This document shows, in pieces, positions 1-13,099 of a stretch of DNA of 64,000 bases. The notes beneath the pieces were generated by a model. The model had not been told where the DNA came from, ran no database searches, and saw only the letters and a list, made by a program, of their open reading frames with translations. Source of the DNA: Octopus sinensis (Eukaryota). The position numbers were made by a program, and so were the translations under genes. The DNA lies in the NCBI RefSeq assembly GCF_006345805.1, contig NC_042998.1, positions 115,816,001 to 115,880,000 on the forward strand. The letters are read 5' to 3'. Every line of letters starts with the position of its first letter. Position 1 is the stretch's first letter.

Positions 1-1
1 A

Positions 2-357
2 GGATGCCCCTGGGAGCTTCTCAATGCTGATGACCTTGCTCTAATAGCTGAGTCACTATCAGAACTAGAGGAAAAGTTTCAGGTGTAAAAGCAAGGTCTA
101 GAATCGAAGGGCCTTAGAGTCAGTCTAGCAAAAAAAAAAAAAGTCTTTATAAGTAGGAAAGCAGACAAATCACGAATCACTTCAGTTAGATGGCCCTGCT
201 CAATCTGTAGAAAAGGCATAGGTAGAAACTCCATAAGATGCACCCAGTGTAAGCTATGGACACATAAGGGGTGCAGCAACATCAAATGAAGATAGTTTTC
301 GTATGTGGCAAATGCTAAGGGTCAGTAAACACTGAAGATGTGCAGAAAACAGATCGA
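2..357 (+). mobile_element. RTE-clade LINE remnant: reverse transcriptase YADD region followed by a PHD-type zinc finger
   Basis: Frame from 2 reads GCPWELLNADDLALIAESLSELEEKFQV*KQGLESKGLRVSLAK (NADD at the YADD position). After a frameshift it reads RWPCSICRKGIGRNSIRCTQCKLWTHKGC...FVCGKC, a C4HC3 pattern. Stops and frameshifts are present. Confidence 0.8.
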
Positions 358-1461
358 CTACTCTCTTCCAAAATTGACGTGTCCGTGACGAAAAGTATTC
401 CTTCACTACTGTTCTGACCTCGTCTGCAGAGTTTATATTTTTTCCGTCCAAATGATTTTGAAGACTGTGGAATAAATAATAATCAGATGGGGCAATGTCC
501 GGCGAATATGGTTGGTGGGGTATTGTTTCCTATTCAAACTGCTTCAGCCTTTGGAATGCCATCCTCTCAGTATGTAGCTGAACATTATCCTGATGGAAGG
601 ATACCTTTCGTCTTGAAACCAAAGATGGTCGTTTTTCTTCTAGCGCTGACTTAAGCTGTCCAAACTGCTTGCAGTAACTCTCCTTTGTTATCGTTTGGCT
701 TGGGTTTAAAAGTTTAAAGTGGACTAAACCTTTCATATCCGACCATACAAATGACAACACATTACGTGGTTGATGACCTTCTTTAACCTGGAGTGCCAGT
801 GTTGCTCCTTTCCTTACACACTGTCTTCGGCGCTTGACATTTTTATAGAGAACCCATTTCTTGTCACCAGTCATTATTCGGTCCAATAATGGATCTTTCG
901 TGAGACGCGCGATTAGACTAGGGAAGTTCGTGAGGAACCCAGTGATCCAATTTGCTGACTTTTTCGATGGCATGCAGGTGTTGATGCATAGTTGAATGTC
1001 CAATATTCTCTGCTAATTTTTCGACAGTTACGATGTGATTTTGTTCCACAGGGGTTTGCAAGACGTCCTCGTGGAGCTCTACAGATCATCCAGGACGAGA
1101 CCCGTCTCCTAGTCTGTAGTTTCCGGCTCAGAATTTCTGAAACCACCGTTGACACTGGCTTACGCTTATTATACGATCCTCATATACTGCATTAATATCC
1201 CTCGCACATTCCGTTGTGTTGTTGCCTTTATTGAACTCCTAAAGTAAAATATACCGAATATGCCCCTTTGTCACTTCTATCATAACTTTGAAAAAATAAC
1301 TGTTAAAATCGAACAGCACCTGTCAAATCTTGCACTAAGAATAAGTACAAGTTAAAATTACCACTAGCTTTTACAAGTTGATGCAGGTAGTTTATCCTGT
1401 CCCATTACGACTTTTAGTTCATGCAATTGAAAAACTGCATTGTTTATGGGTTGTCCCAATA
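358..1461 (-). mobile_element. Decayed mariner (DD34D-type) transposon, 3' end lost
   Basis: Minus strand from ATG 1283 reads MIEVTKGHIRYILL*EFNKG..., then WVPHEL, DRIMTGDKKWVLY, FHQDN, HQPYSPDIAPSDYYLFHSLQNHL and EYFSSRTRQFWKR across frameshifts. A TIR-like end TA|TTGGGACAACCCATAAACAATGC lies at 1437-1461. Confidence 0.9.
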
Positions 1462-2889
1462 CACACACACAAACACAAGCACACATATATATAGATACGT
1501 GTGTTTGTGTGTGTGTATGTGCATGTGTATGCAGTATCCTTCTTGCGTAAGACGCGCACACACATGCGCACACGCGCACGCAAATACACACATATGCTGT
1601 AACTCTCTACTCTTGGTGAGTGTTTGGGGTGTAGTTGCAATATACGGTGTGCTTTGGTATTTTTAGACCACTTCCAAGTGTGACAACAATCGAGTACAGA
1701 ATGACCCTGTAAAGGAGAAAAAGCATAGTTGCCATTGGTGATATTTGAACTCAGAGTTCAGTGATTTGGTATGAAAACCGCAAAGTAATATATCCGAAGC
1801 TCTAAACGACTCATCCAATTTATCATGTGAGTGATTGTATGTGTGTATGTGTGTGCGTAAACATTTATCCACTCGTGCATACATTCACATATGCAAGACA
1901 CATACTTTTAGGCATTGACATAGAAACAAATAAAGGCTGAGGAATGTCGTAGTGGAGTGGAAGTTGGGTTAGGATTGTGGTTGGTAAGAAAAGAGTGTGG
2001 TCGGTAAAAATAAATTAGTCAGTGAAAAACGATGAGAAATACCATAGGGGTCAGCTGGTGGAAACATTTAGGAGACAGAGCGATACTTGCGTATAAATGA
2101 TGTATATATATATGCGCAGATGTGTGCGTGGACTACTCAAACTCGCATATACAAACATATATACACAAACAGTCTCCACACAAGTGTATTCACTCACGTA
2201 TACGTACATAACATATTCAAACGCATATTTACACAAGCATAGAGACTAGTATCAGGGGTTCTATAAATTAAATCAGGAAGATGGAGACAAGACGACGCTG
2301 GTAATAAAGTAGAGAGGCAGATTTGATACAAGGCTGAAATCTGGGAAAACTAGTGTGTCGAAATACATCGACAACCCAGTGCTCGTTGGTATCTGGTTGT
2401 CAACCATCTTTTGCTTTGTTTGTTTTTTTTGCTTATGGAGCTCTTCGATTCCTGTTTTACTGAAATGGGATATCATAGCTTTTCAATGTTTAAAAAATCC
2501 TATTATATTTTTATTATTTAACATCATTAAGTATCGTATAAAAATTTTAAGGATATTTGGAGTATTGTAGAAGTATAACCAAGTTTTTGCGTTTTAAATT
2601 TAACAACAAAATCTTATATGAGCCCCTAAGGATCATTTGGACGTCCGTTAAACACTACAGCTCTATACGATTGCTGTGAGAAGATAGTTTGATTTATTTT
2701 TACTCTTGTCCTTGTGATGGAATTGAAGTGAAGGGGTTATGTGTATTAGTGTGAAGAGGGGAGCTCATTATGTGAAGAGTTTTAAGCGTGCACTGAACAA
2801 ATGTTTCTGCTCTTAACTAATAACTTGTGTTTAGAATCTTGTGGACAGAAACTGAACAGAAGGCCATTGTATACACAGGCGTGCGCGCA

Positions 2890-2911
2890 CATAGACACAC
2901 ACGCACGTTCG

Positions 2912-2971
<60 letters not shown>

Positions 2972-3075
2972 CAAACCCACGTGCGCGCATATATGCATAT
3001 GTGTACATATATATAAATAAATATATCCATACATATGTATGCGTGCTTGTGTGCATGTGAGTGTGTGTGAGTGCG
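2890..3075. repeat. (CA)n/(TG)n compound microsatellite
   Basis: Direct reading; accounts for the overlapping HT/CV ORFs. Confidence 0.95.
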
Positions 3076-3384
3076 TGTGCTTGCTCCACTATGTAATGAG
3101 GTATTACTGTTATGAATTAGCAGTTTGAAACTAGTGTTCACACCCATAAAGAACGTGACAGAAACGGCTTTCGAAATTTGTTTGTAGCTGAAACTAAAAG
3201 TATTGACTACTTTAAGACATCTTCACAAGGTAGAATCCCTTGAAAATAGTTACCTTTTATGTAGACATCAAGAACTTTCACTCTCCTTCCTATCGATTGT
3301 TAATCTACCAACACTGTAAGAGAAAAGAAAACATAAAAATAAAAACATGTTCTGTGAATTTCTTTCAGACCGTAATTATTTTCC

Positions 3385-3386
<2 letters not shown>

Positions 3387-3415
<29 letters not shown>

Positions 3416-3570
3416 TGTATGTATGTATGTATGTATGTATGTATGCATGTATGCATGTATGCATGTATGTATGTATGTAGTATGTATGTATGTATGTATG
3501 TAGTATGTATGTATGTACGTGTGTGTGTACACGCACGTAAATACGTGTGTATGTGTACGTACGTGTGTAT
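3387..3570. repeat. (TATG)n microsatellite
   Basis: Direct reading; similar tracts at 12400-12575, 38795-39005 and 41950-42125. Confidence 0.95.
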
Positions 3571-4029
3571 GTACTTCCCCTTTAGGTATTGGTAAGGGAT
3601 GTAAATGTAAACATTGGCAAAAAAAGAGGCGTAATTCAAAGGAAATCCTTTAAACGAGTTACATACTCTCCCATTTTCACTGTTACCGTCAGATAGGCAG
3701 GGAACAATGATTGGCTCATTAGAAATTTATAACTAACGACACTATTGTTCACAAATTGTGATACAAAATATATAAAATAAATACGATATAAAATAAAATA
3801 GAAATAAAACTATATATAATGGAATTCTGCCAATATAACATACTTTCCTAAATAGCTACTATTCAGTGTGAGTGTTTTAAATGAAACTGGTGGCACCATT
3901 TATACAAATTTATATCGCAGTTTCAAACCTTTAATGAAGTTCATCATAGAATATATTTTGTTTTACTGTTGTATAAGCAGCCGAATGCTGCAGGGCAGGT
4001 ATAGAAATTATTGTTGCGAAACTGAGACA

Positions 4030-4660
4030 TTACTCCTCTCAAGAAAGTCTTTCTCATGCACTTTCATGTTAGTGGATCATCATGGAGGGAAGTGGAAAAG
4101 TTTAAATATCTCGGGGCCATATTCACGAACGATGGGAAACAGAACGTTAGAATTGCAGGTGCTATCACAATAATGTGTCAGCTCCAGCAACTGATCCCTA
4201 GAAGAGGAGAGCCTGGTAAAAATGGCAAACTCACTATCTTCGATTCAGTTTTCGTGCCACTCCTGTGATCATGAATGTTGGGTACTGACCAAAAGTGTAC
4301 GATCGCAAATACAAGCAGGATAAATGAGGTTTCTCCGGAGGATCTCAAGAGAAACGTTACTCAAGGGTTCATAGCTCAGAGATGAGGGAGTTTCTCCAGG
4401 TTGATTCGCTACTTCTCCGTATTGAAAGGTCACAGCTCCCGTACTACGGACATGTGATTAGAATGACGCATGAAAGAGTCGAAAGACGGATTCCTCATGA
4501 TGGGTGAATCAGAAGGATACTTAGGTGCAGACAAAAATGTGATACAAGAGATAACAAGAATTTCATCCACGGTTGGTAATCAAGCTGGAAAGTCTAATGA
4601 CGTTTCCTTCTGATAGAGCCCTATGGTAGAAGTGGTTAGTGACGCTACCCCACAGGACCC
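4030..4660 (+). mobile_element. RTE-clade LINE remnant, C-terminal half of RT ORF
   Basis: EVEKFKYLGAIFTNDG...KLTIFDSVFVPLL, then ECWVLTKSVRSQIQAG*MRFLRRI and LLLRIERSQLPYYGHVIRM. These match the RTE post-thumb motifs KFKYLG, EMRFLRR and LRWFGHV. Confidence 0.85.
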
Positions 4661-4868
4661 TCACAGAAATAGTGGGCTGAAAATTTGAATTGTTGGATGG
4701 ATTCCAAGGCTGTGTTCTAATATAATTTAATTTAAGTTAAATTTTCGTGACTAGATATCCGCAGCTGATGATACAGAAAGCAGAGATAAACAGTTGGAAA
4801 TATCGGCATCACATCAGCAACTGCCGCTCATATTATAAATTTTCTTCTTAGAGGCGCATTCTAATATT

Positions 4869-5466
4869 TGTAACGAACTTCGTGTGTGTGTGAGTGAATA
4901 TCTTGTCTTGTACTTTCGGGGTACAAGAAAGCAATCACTCACTAGCCGTTGCTTTAATAATCCAGAATTCTACCAGTCAGAAACAAGAAGACGCAGACGT
5001 AAAATATATATATACTACTTTATTCTCTTTCTTGGTAACAATAACAATAAGTGTGTTATCTGATGTCCTTGGTTCTGGGCGCGCAAGGCTGAAAGTTAAT
5101 CGATTGTAATATTTACAATATTCAGCCGCCAAAAACAGAACGGGTCAAAATGGCGTCGAACAATGGAGACGATGTTGGTCTGCAACAATTTGGTTAAAGC
5201 CCTTTGGGTAAGGACTGCTAGAAGCTAGTTCGAACGGAGAGAAAATATATCGCGACCGTTGCCTTCGATAGCCATGTCTCAAAGTCCCCGCTGCTGCTGC
5301 CAGCGGTCAAACGTTCTACGATCCCCCTGCCTTGGCCAGGGTCGTGCTTCCGGTGGTTCGCGCATGCGCGAGAGGGCCCTTCCTCTCTCTGTCTTGGTAA
5401 AGGCACCAACACTCGCGAAATACAAATGGACGGTGCGCGAGCGCGCACCGTTATAGGGTCACTACA
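4869..5466 (-). repeat. 3' LTR
   Basis: 598 bp with TG...CA ends; AATAAA on the minus strand at 5019-5024. Confidence 0.92.
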
Positions 5467-5480
5467 AGGCTCCCCTCCAG
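5467..5480 (-). promoter_or_regulatory. Polypurine tract
   Basis: Minus strand CTGGAGGGGAGCCT immediately before the 3' LTR start TGTAGTGACC. Confidence 0.75.
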
Positions 5481-6990
5481 TGCGTACGCACGAAAGGAAA
5501 CTTATTGTAGTGACTGCAAAACTCATGGTGGACACCAGATAACCAAATAGCACACAATAATATAATGGCAAAATTTATAACATACACAAGAAATTTACTA
5601 AAGGAAAAAGAGAAAAAATACTCAATGAGCAAAAATCAAGAGTGCATGTATGAAAGTGTATACGTCACAAAGTATAGAACCTTCCGCTGAAGGGAGCGGA
5701 AGAAAAGGCAGAACTCACAGTTATTGAACCTAGGCGAAAATTAAAATCCAACTTCTCTAAAGGTAGTTGATCCTGCGAAATAGCAGTTAAATCAATTGCT
5801 GCAGGAGAGGAAATGGAATTGACAGAAGCTCGCTAGTAACACAAAAGGCAAAAGTGCAAACATGCTGGTGTGATGCGCGACGCAGATAATTTTCTGTTAA
5901 TTACGTGACCAACAGTGGTCTAACAGGGAAAAATAATTACGCCTAAACATGGCGCAGCGCATGTGAACATCCGACGTCCTATGAGTCGGGAAAAGAATTA
6001 AGCTAGCGCAAACGTGTTGCAAAAAACAAGGCAATACACGTGCGAAGCAAAGCGCATGAAATGCAATAGTGCTTGCCAGACCGAAAAACAGCAATGAATA
6101 TGCCAGTGGTTAAGCGATTATATGCCTCGTTCGTACAGGAACAAAGGTATGACATGCTGGCGCGTTATAATGGACAAACAACCCTCTCTATGTATACGTG
6201 ACCGACCTAGGGTCTATAGAAATGAGGGGTGTCCACAAAAGGCAAATTTAGCATGGAACAAACAAGCGAGAAAAGCATGTGTGACGTATGTATGTGAGAG
6301 AGAGCAATTATGTGTGTGTACGTGTGTGCGACAGAAATACATACAAGGTGAATGCGAGCAAAATATAAAAACAGCGCATAGAAAAAATGTCTCTCAAGGC
6401 TATTCCAGACAAGAGATAATTTACCAGTCTGTAATAGCCTGATGTACAATAGCAGTTCGTTCTGTAACAGAATGTTGAGATCACAAATGCAGATGCCGAT
6501 TGAACACATATCGTGTAGCGGTTGTGACTTCAATGCTGTGACAGGTTAACTGGAACAGAAGAAATCTCGTAGATAGTGCTGGGCTGTGAATTCTTGGTGT
6601 GCTAATGCACAAACGGCAAGTGGACCAAACTTCCGCGAGTTGCTATGTACATCTTGGTGGAGGTCGACGGTGTTGAAAAGCGACGGTGGTGGTGGAAGGC
6701 GACTGTAGTGGACTTGAGACAACATCGTTCTTAGTGATGATGGCGACGAAGATAGCGACGACGTGAAGTAGAAAGACGACGATGATGATGACGAAGGCAG
6801 AGAAAAAGCATCGATGAATTGATGGCGTTCGTCATCGTGGCTGTAGAATAAGAAAGAGGCTCCTTCTACAACTGTTTGTAGTGGCCGGAAACAAATCGTC
6901 GAAAGATGATGTGTAGAGTTAAATCGTGTTCCGACTTCGCAGTAAAACTGGATTTTTTTTGTTGATAAGTGATCTCTGGTTTTAGACCAG

Positions 6991-7011
6991 AATCACGTCG
7001 GGAGGTGCAAG
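6991..7011 (-). promoter_or_regulatory. Degenerate primer-binding site, tRNA-Trp-like
   Basis: Minus strand CTTGCACCTCCCGACGTGATT directly after the 5' LTR. It shares CCCGACGTGATT with the complement of the eukaryotic tRNA-Trp 3' end (TGGTGACCCCGACGTGATT); the initial TGG is not intact. Confidence 0.65.
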
Positions 7012-7610
7012 TGTAAGAACTTCGTGTGTGTGTGAGTGAATATCTTGTCTTGTACTTTCGGGGTACAAGAAAGCAATCACTCACTAGCCGTTGCTTTAAT
7101 AATCCAGAATTCTACCAGTCAGAAACAACAAGACGCAGACGTAAAAAAATATATATATACTACTTTATTCTCTTTCTTGGTAACAATAACAATAAGTGTG
7201 TTATCTGATGTCCTTGGTTCTGGGCGCGCAAGGCTGAAAGTTAATCGATTGTAATATTTACAATATTCAGCCGCCAAAAACAGAACGGGTCAAAATGGCG
7301 TCGAACAATGGAGACGATGTTGGTCTGCAACAATTTGGTTAAAGCCCTTTGGTAAGGACTGCTAGAAGCTAGTTCGAACGGAGAGAAAATATATCGCGAC
7401 CGTTGCCTTCGATAGCCATGTCTCAAAGTCCCCGCTGCTGCTGCCAGCGGTCAAACGTTCTACGATCCCCCTGCCTTGGCCAGGGTCGTGCTTCCGGTGG
7501 TTCGCGCATGCGCGAGAGAGCCCTTCCTCTCTCTGCCTTGGTAAAGGCACCAACACGCGCGAAATACAAATGGACGGTGCGCGAGCGCGCACCGTTATAG
7601 GGTCACTACA
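7012..7610 (-). repeat. 5' LTR
   Basis: 599 bp; by eye it differs from the other LTR by 4 substitutions and 3 small indels. Confidence 0.92.
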
Positions 7611-9172
7611 TATTTAATATTCTTTTCTTCATTTTAAATAATTTAGGTAAATTAATATACCATCAACTCTGAATTATTAAAAGTCAAACCAATGACATAA
7701 TTCTTAGCTTATTTTCGTGCAATTGTACTAACTTTTGCTGCTAAAAATATTCTCATTTCTTTTTCTCCCGGTAAACATCTCTGTTGAATGCTATACAGAT
7801 CCAGGATAACCATGTTGCTCTGACAGTTTCCTAATTTCAAAGCATGATGGCTATGACCCTCATCGTTCGAAAATATTTTCCATGAAATACTTAAATTATT
7901 GAAATTGTCTTCCTTTTCCTGTGAGAGCTGCTGGTAATTGTCGCTGGAATTTTGCTTACTTTCCTAAATGCTGACTTCACTTCATTAAGATTGTTTATAT
8001 GCATCATTCAATACACACCACCAAGCTGTGTATTACCTAAATCATGGTTCAGAACCATTTGATTTATTGCACTTAAATATTTTGTTTCTTATTTTTCTCT
8101 ATTCAGTTGTAAATAATCTACATTCTATATAGTTGAAATGGCTGACATTTTAGGGGCGCAAAAATGATTGTTTATTATCTACATGTTTTATTTTCCAACG
8201 ACATCGACAGCAAAAGTGAAATGAAATAGTTTCACCCTAGTAGTGTTCGACACCGGTGTTAGAATAGCATTAACGATTCCCCGCCCTCCACAATTATCAA
8301 CGGCACTAGTCAGGTTCAAATGATAAATTACCAGTCGTTTACACATAACACACACACACAGAGACAGACAGACAAGCACACACACACACACACACACAGA
8401 AAAAAAAATCATCAAAAACACTAGGTTTTATTTTTAGCAGTCGCTCTCCGGAAGTTAAAACAAAGTCAAAATTTAAAAACATTTTCATGGTTGAAATAAC
8501 CCGCTTGAGGTAACATAGATTATCTGGTGCACATCTTATTCGTGTTTTCACTCTTGAAATTCTAAATTTCTTGAATTATTTTCCCTTTCTAATTCAGAAT
8601 TACAAGCGATTACAGTGAGGTGCCATAATTGCTTCCCTGTCAGCAATAGAATTTTAAAAAAATCCTCTATTTATTGCATGCTGTATTCAATAGATTCCTA
8701 ACGACTTATATAAAAGTTCATGCCACTAACATCTTCGATCTATATTCTCTTAGCTCGTGTAACACATACGCTTATGTAAAATATAGCATTCAGTATCTTT
8801 CTATTAGTTTGTAAGTGTGTATTTGTTTTAGGTGCCGCGAGCAAAGCTCACAAACTGTCAAATCATTAACTGTTTTAAATTAAAAGTTTAATCTTTATTC
8901 AATTTCTCTCTTTGACTGTATTACGAAAGCTTTCTAATCACAGTGCTCCATGCTAATCACAATGCCTCGTGCAAACGACATCCTTTTCTCACTCACTCAC
9001 ATTCTCCCTCTTTCTCTGTCGTGCTCCTCTTGTGTCTATACTGACACGCACTTGCACACATATAAGTATATGTATGTAAGTGTAGGTTTATAACATACAT
9101 CTACCTATAAATACGTATACCTATATTCATGTGTGTGTGTGAGTGAATATGTACATATATATATATGTGTAT

Positions 9173-9237
<65 letters not shown>

Positions 9238-9777
9238 GTGTGTGTGTGTATATATATATATATGTGTGTGTGTGTGTATATCCATACATAATACATACAT
9301 ACACGTAAACATATTATCTTAATGGTAGGATTAAAAAAAAAATAATAATGAATTATTGTATACAGTGCTCAGGTGCACCACCATTCAATAAAATGCATCG
9401 TGTGTGTGTGTGTGTGTGTATGTATATATATATATATATATATGTGATATATATATATATATATATATATATAAGCTACACGTTTCAGATTTCTTAAGAA
9501 GCTTTATAGTTCATAGAAGTCTTCTTGTGTAAGAGTAATGTGAAATGCTTCTTGAACTATAGCGTTCTCACTCCCCACTTCTCTCTCTACGTGCATATAT
9601 ATGTATATGTTTTATACATACACACACATAGCAATCATGCTGGTTGTTTTAAACGTTTTAAAGTACATTTAATCAAGGTTTTCCAAAAGTTTGAAATGGC
9701 TTCGCTGAGGATGAATAAACCAGATATTTTATTTATTCTTACCTTTCGTTAGCATTTTTGTATTTTTAACAATTCCA

Positions 9778-10235
9778 TTTTCCCTTCTTCCCCGTCTGTC
9801 TCCTCCTCCTCCTCCTCCTCTTCTCCTTCCACCTCATCCTCCTCATCTTCATCTTCTTCCTTCTCCACTTCTTCTTTTTCTTCACCTTCTTCTTCTTCTT
9901 CTTCTTCTCCTTCTTCTTCTTCCACCTCATCCTCCTCATCTTTTTCTTCTTCTTCTTCTTCTTCTTCTTCTCCTCCTCCTTCTCCGTCTTCTCCTCCTCC
10001 TTCCCCTCCTCTTTCTTCTCCTCCTCCTCCTCCTCCTTCTTATTCTTCTCCTCCTCCTCCCCACCTCTTTCTTCTTCTCCTCCTCCCCTTCTTCTTATCC
10101 TTCTCATTCTTCTTCCCCTCCTTCTCCCATTCTCATTCTCATCCTTCTCCCCCTCCTCCTTCTCTTCCTTCTTCTTCCTCTTCTTCTTCCTCCTCTTTTT
10201 TCTTATTCTTTCTTCTTCCTCTCCTCCTCCTCCTA
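9778..10235. repeat. Long polypyrimidine/polypurine (CTT/CTC)n tract
   Basis: About 460 bp almost entirely C/T on the plus strand; source of the poly-E/K ORF 9766-10107. Confidence 0.95.
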
Positions 10236-11170
10236 TAGTAATGTTGTTGGAATATTGTTATATTCGCCATAATAGTGTTCTATGTTGCTATCATATTGCT
10301 TTTTATTGTATTCTGTTTAATATTGTCGTGTAGTGTTTCACATTTTTATTTCATCTTCCATTATTGTTACAAATTGTTAAATATTGTATGTTACTATAAT
10401 TTTCTTGTATATTGATATAAAACTGCTGTGTCTTATATTGTTGCATATTAGCAGATACTATATCACCTTGTCAAATATTGTATGTTGCTATAACGTTGTT
10501 GTTTTTATAATATCGTTGTAAGAAACTTGGTTCTCATAGTATTGCAGATTTTGGTTATGATTATGTTACAAGTTATAATGTTGCCGTATGTACTTATAAT
10601 GCCCAATAATATTGTTACATAAGACATGCTAGCATACTGTAATTGTATTTTGAGATAATATTGTTATATTTTATAATATTGCTATATATTGTTACAATAT
10701 TGATATATATCGTTATGCCTTTATACTGTATAATTATCGTAATGTTATATGCTGTTATATTGTTTCTTGTAACAATAGTGTTATATGACATTATGATATT
10801 GAGCGTGCTCCTTATGTATCATATATTGTAGCTCATATCTTATGATTCTGAAAATACTGTCGCATGCTTATTTTATTATAATCCTTCATACTATTTTAAT
10901 TTCTGAATAATGTTTTAATGTTACTGTTGAAGCTGCTCTCAGTTCTTGCTCTAAGTGATTGTGGCATATTTGTAGTTTTAATCTTCATTCATTTTTTGTT
11001 CTTGATATATACTTTTGCTAGTCTTGTGTGTATTATAGCTGTTTATGCTTTTGGTGTTATTGTATTTGATGCAATTACTATTAATTTTCCTGCAGCTGTT
11101 TTTCATTATTCTTGTTACTGTTGTTTTAACAGCTGCAACTGTTGTCCTTACTCTTGTTGTTTATAATTCA
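10236..11170. repeat. Highly degenerate (TATTG/TATAT)-derived low-complexity tract
   Basis: Recurrent TATTGTTATAT-like words with heavy divergence. A comparable degenerate pentamer tract (TACAC/ACAAT) lies at ~48930-49210. Confidence 0.7.
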
Positions 11171-12396
11171 TAGAATAGATAAAATAATCTGCCGGTTGCT
11201 ATGAATTGATTGATGTCCATTCTTTTTTTTCATCCTTGGTCCTTGACGTTCTAAATGTCCGTCTATGATATTTATTAGTAACACCCCTTAAAGATTTAGA
11301 TTCCATATGCCGTTAACAACCTCCATTCCAGTTCACTAAATAACGACACATTGCTTTATGGTTTTGCTAGAAGACGAAAGGTAGCGCTAGTGAGCATTGC
11401 CGTGGTCTCCGAGACTAGTTGTAAGAAATGGAGGAAGAAATCACAACTCAGCTCAGTGCAGGAGAGAAAAAAGACCCATATGTTGAGTTATTCTCCTACA
11501 AGAAACCTGGTATTAATATCTGCGTGAAATGCATTCAGAAAGGTAGCATCCAAAGGCCAGGTGTTTGTGTTAAACCGGGTGCTGTACTAGCGGACTCCAC
11601 ATTATTTGCACACTGATGGTATTTGTACGTAAAAAGGTGTATTCCAAACCGATCGAAATGATTATTCTAAACTATTACTTTAATACCACCACAGTTAGTT
11701 CCACATAAACAAATCTGTGGAATTGTGCCAATATAACTAATAGGCTATTTATAATAAATAGCAATTAGACTTATTAATAAGCAAAAACATTTAATTATGA
11801 TAAACCAAAGATAATTATATTCAACCAATCAGTTTTACAAGTTAATTCCCAGAAGGAGCTTACGGTGTAATTACTTAATTATTATCTGGTATTTAGTGAT
11901 GTACTGTGATTTCATTCGCTGGAAAAAAAAAATCGCCATTTTAGCAGATCACTATTTGGGACTTTGGAGAAAGACATATTGGATAGTAACACATACAGAC
12001 ACAAAGACACACACGCACACACACACACACGCACACACACACACACACCAGATGTATTCATATGCAACCGCAAACATATAAACACTCATTCTTCTATGTC
12101 CGTGAATATTGATAGATGCATACATAAATACGATTACAAACAGAAGTGTACACACTTCGACGCATGAACGTGTACATGAAAACAATCATACGCATCCACA
12201 CACATTCATTCTAGTGGAAGGATATGAATGTAGTAAAAACGACAGATGTAATTAAATAAACCAAGATATTATTTAGAACAGTGCTTTGTGGTTTTATTAC
12301 TCTAGGGATAGAGAATTCTATATACAAGGTTCTTTTTTCCTCAAATTATTGACACTTGCTGTCTTTTATAAATAACACCAATACCAAAATTCATTC

Positions 12397-12433
<37 letters not shown>

Positions 12434-13099
12434 TATACATACATACATGCATACATATATATATACATACATACATACATACATACAAACATACATACAT
12501 ACATACATACATACATACATACATACATACATACATACATACATACACACATACATACATACATACATACATACATGAGAGTTGGCTTAAATGAAAGATC
12601 TAATCCTACGTCTCTTCTTAGTTCAATAATCCTTTTCTTATTCTCAACTCCCCTTTCACCTCAGTTTTTCCCTTCAGCTCACTCTCGACTTCATCTATTT
12701 TACTTTACTTTCACTTCCTTGACAAAGTTTCTCCCTCCAACTACTTCCTGTCCACGCATGAAGCTCACGGAGAGTGAACATTCTAAAGTTCCCACCACTA
12801 CCACTATCATCATCATCATCATCATCATCATCATCGTCGTTGTCGTCGTCGTCGTCGTTGTCGTCGTCATTATCATCATCTTCAATATCATCCTTATCGT
12901 CGTCGTCCTCGGCAGCGGCATCTAATAGAAAGCATTGAGCTTTCAAATTCTTAGAAATGACGATTAGCCTCGATAGAGGCATCACACACACAAACACCGC
13001 GCGCAAACATACAAGCATACATACACGTAGATACGTACATATATGTATATACACATATATACGTACATACATACATACTTACATACATATATACATACA

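Larger units (their letters stand above)
4869..7610 (-). mobile_element. Non-autonomous LTR retrotransposon (Ty3/Gypsy-like termini), structurally complete
   Basis: Two ~600-bp direct repeats, each TGTA...TACA, flanked by a 4-bp TSD TATT (4865-4868 and 7611-7614). A PBS-like site and a PPT define the minus orientation. No gag or pol motifs in the 1545-bp interior. Confidence 0.92.

Noticed and set aside
5218-7592. ORFs in the LTRs and interior as gag or accessory genes
   Set aside because: They are short, duplicated only because the LTRs are, and have no recognisable gag, zinc-knuckle or pol motifs.
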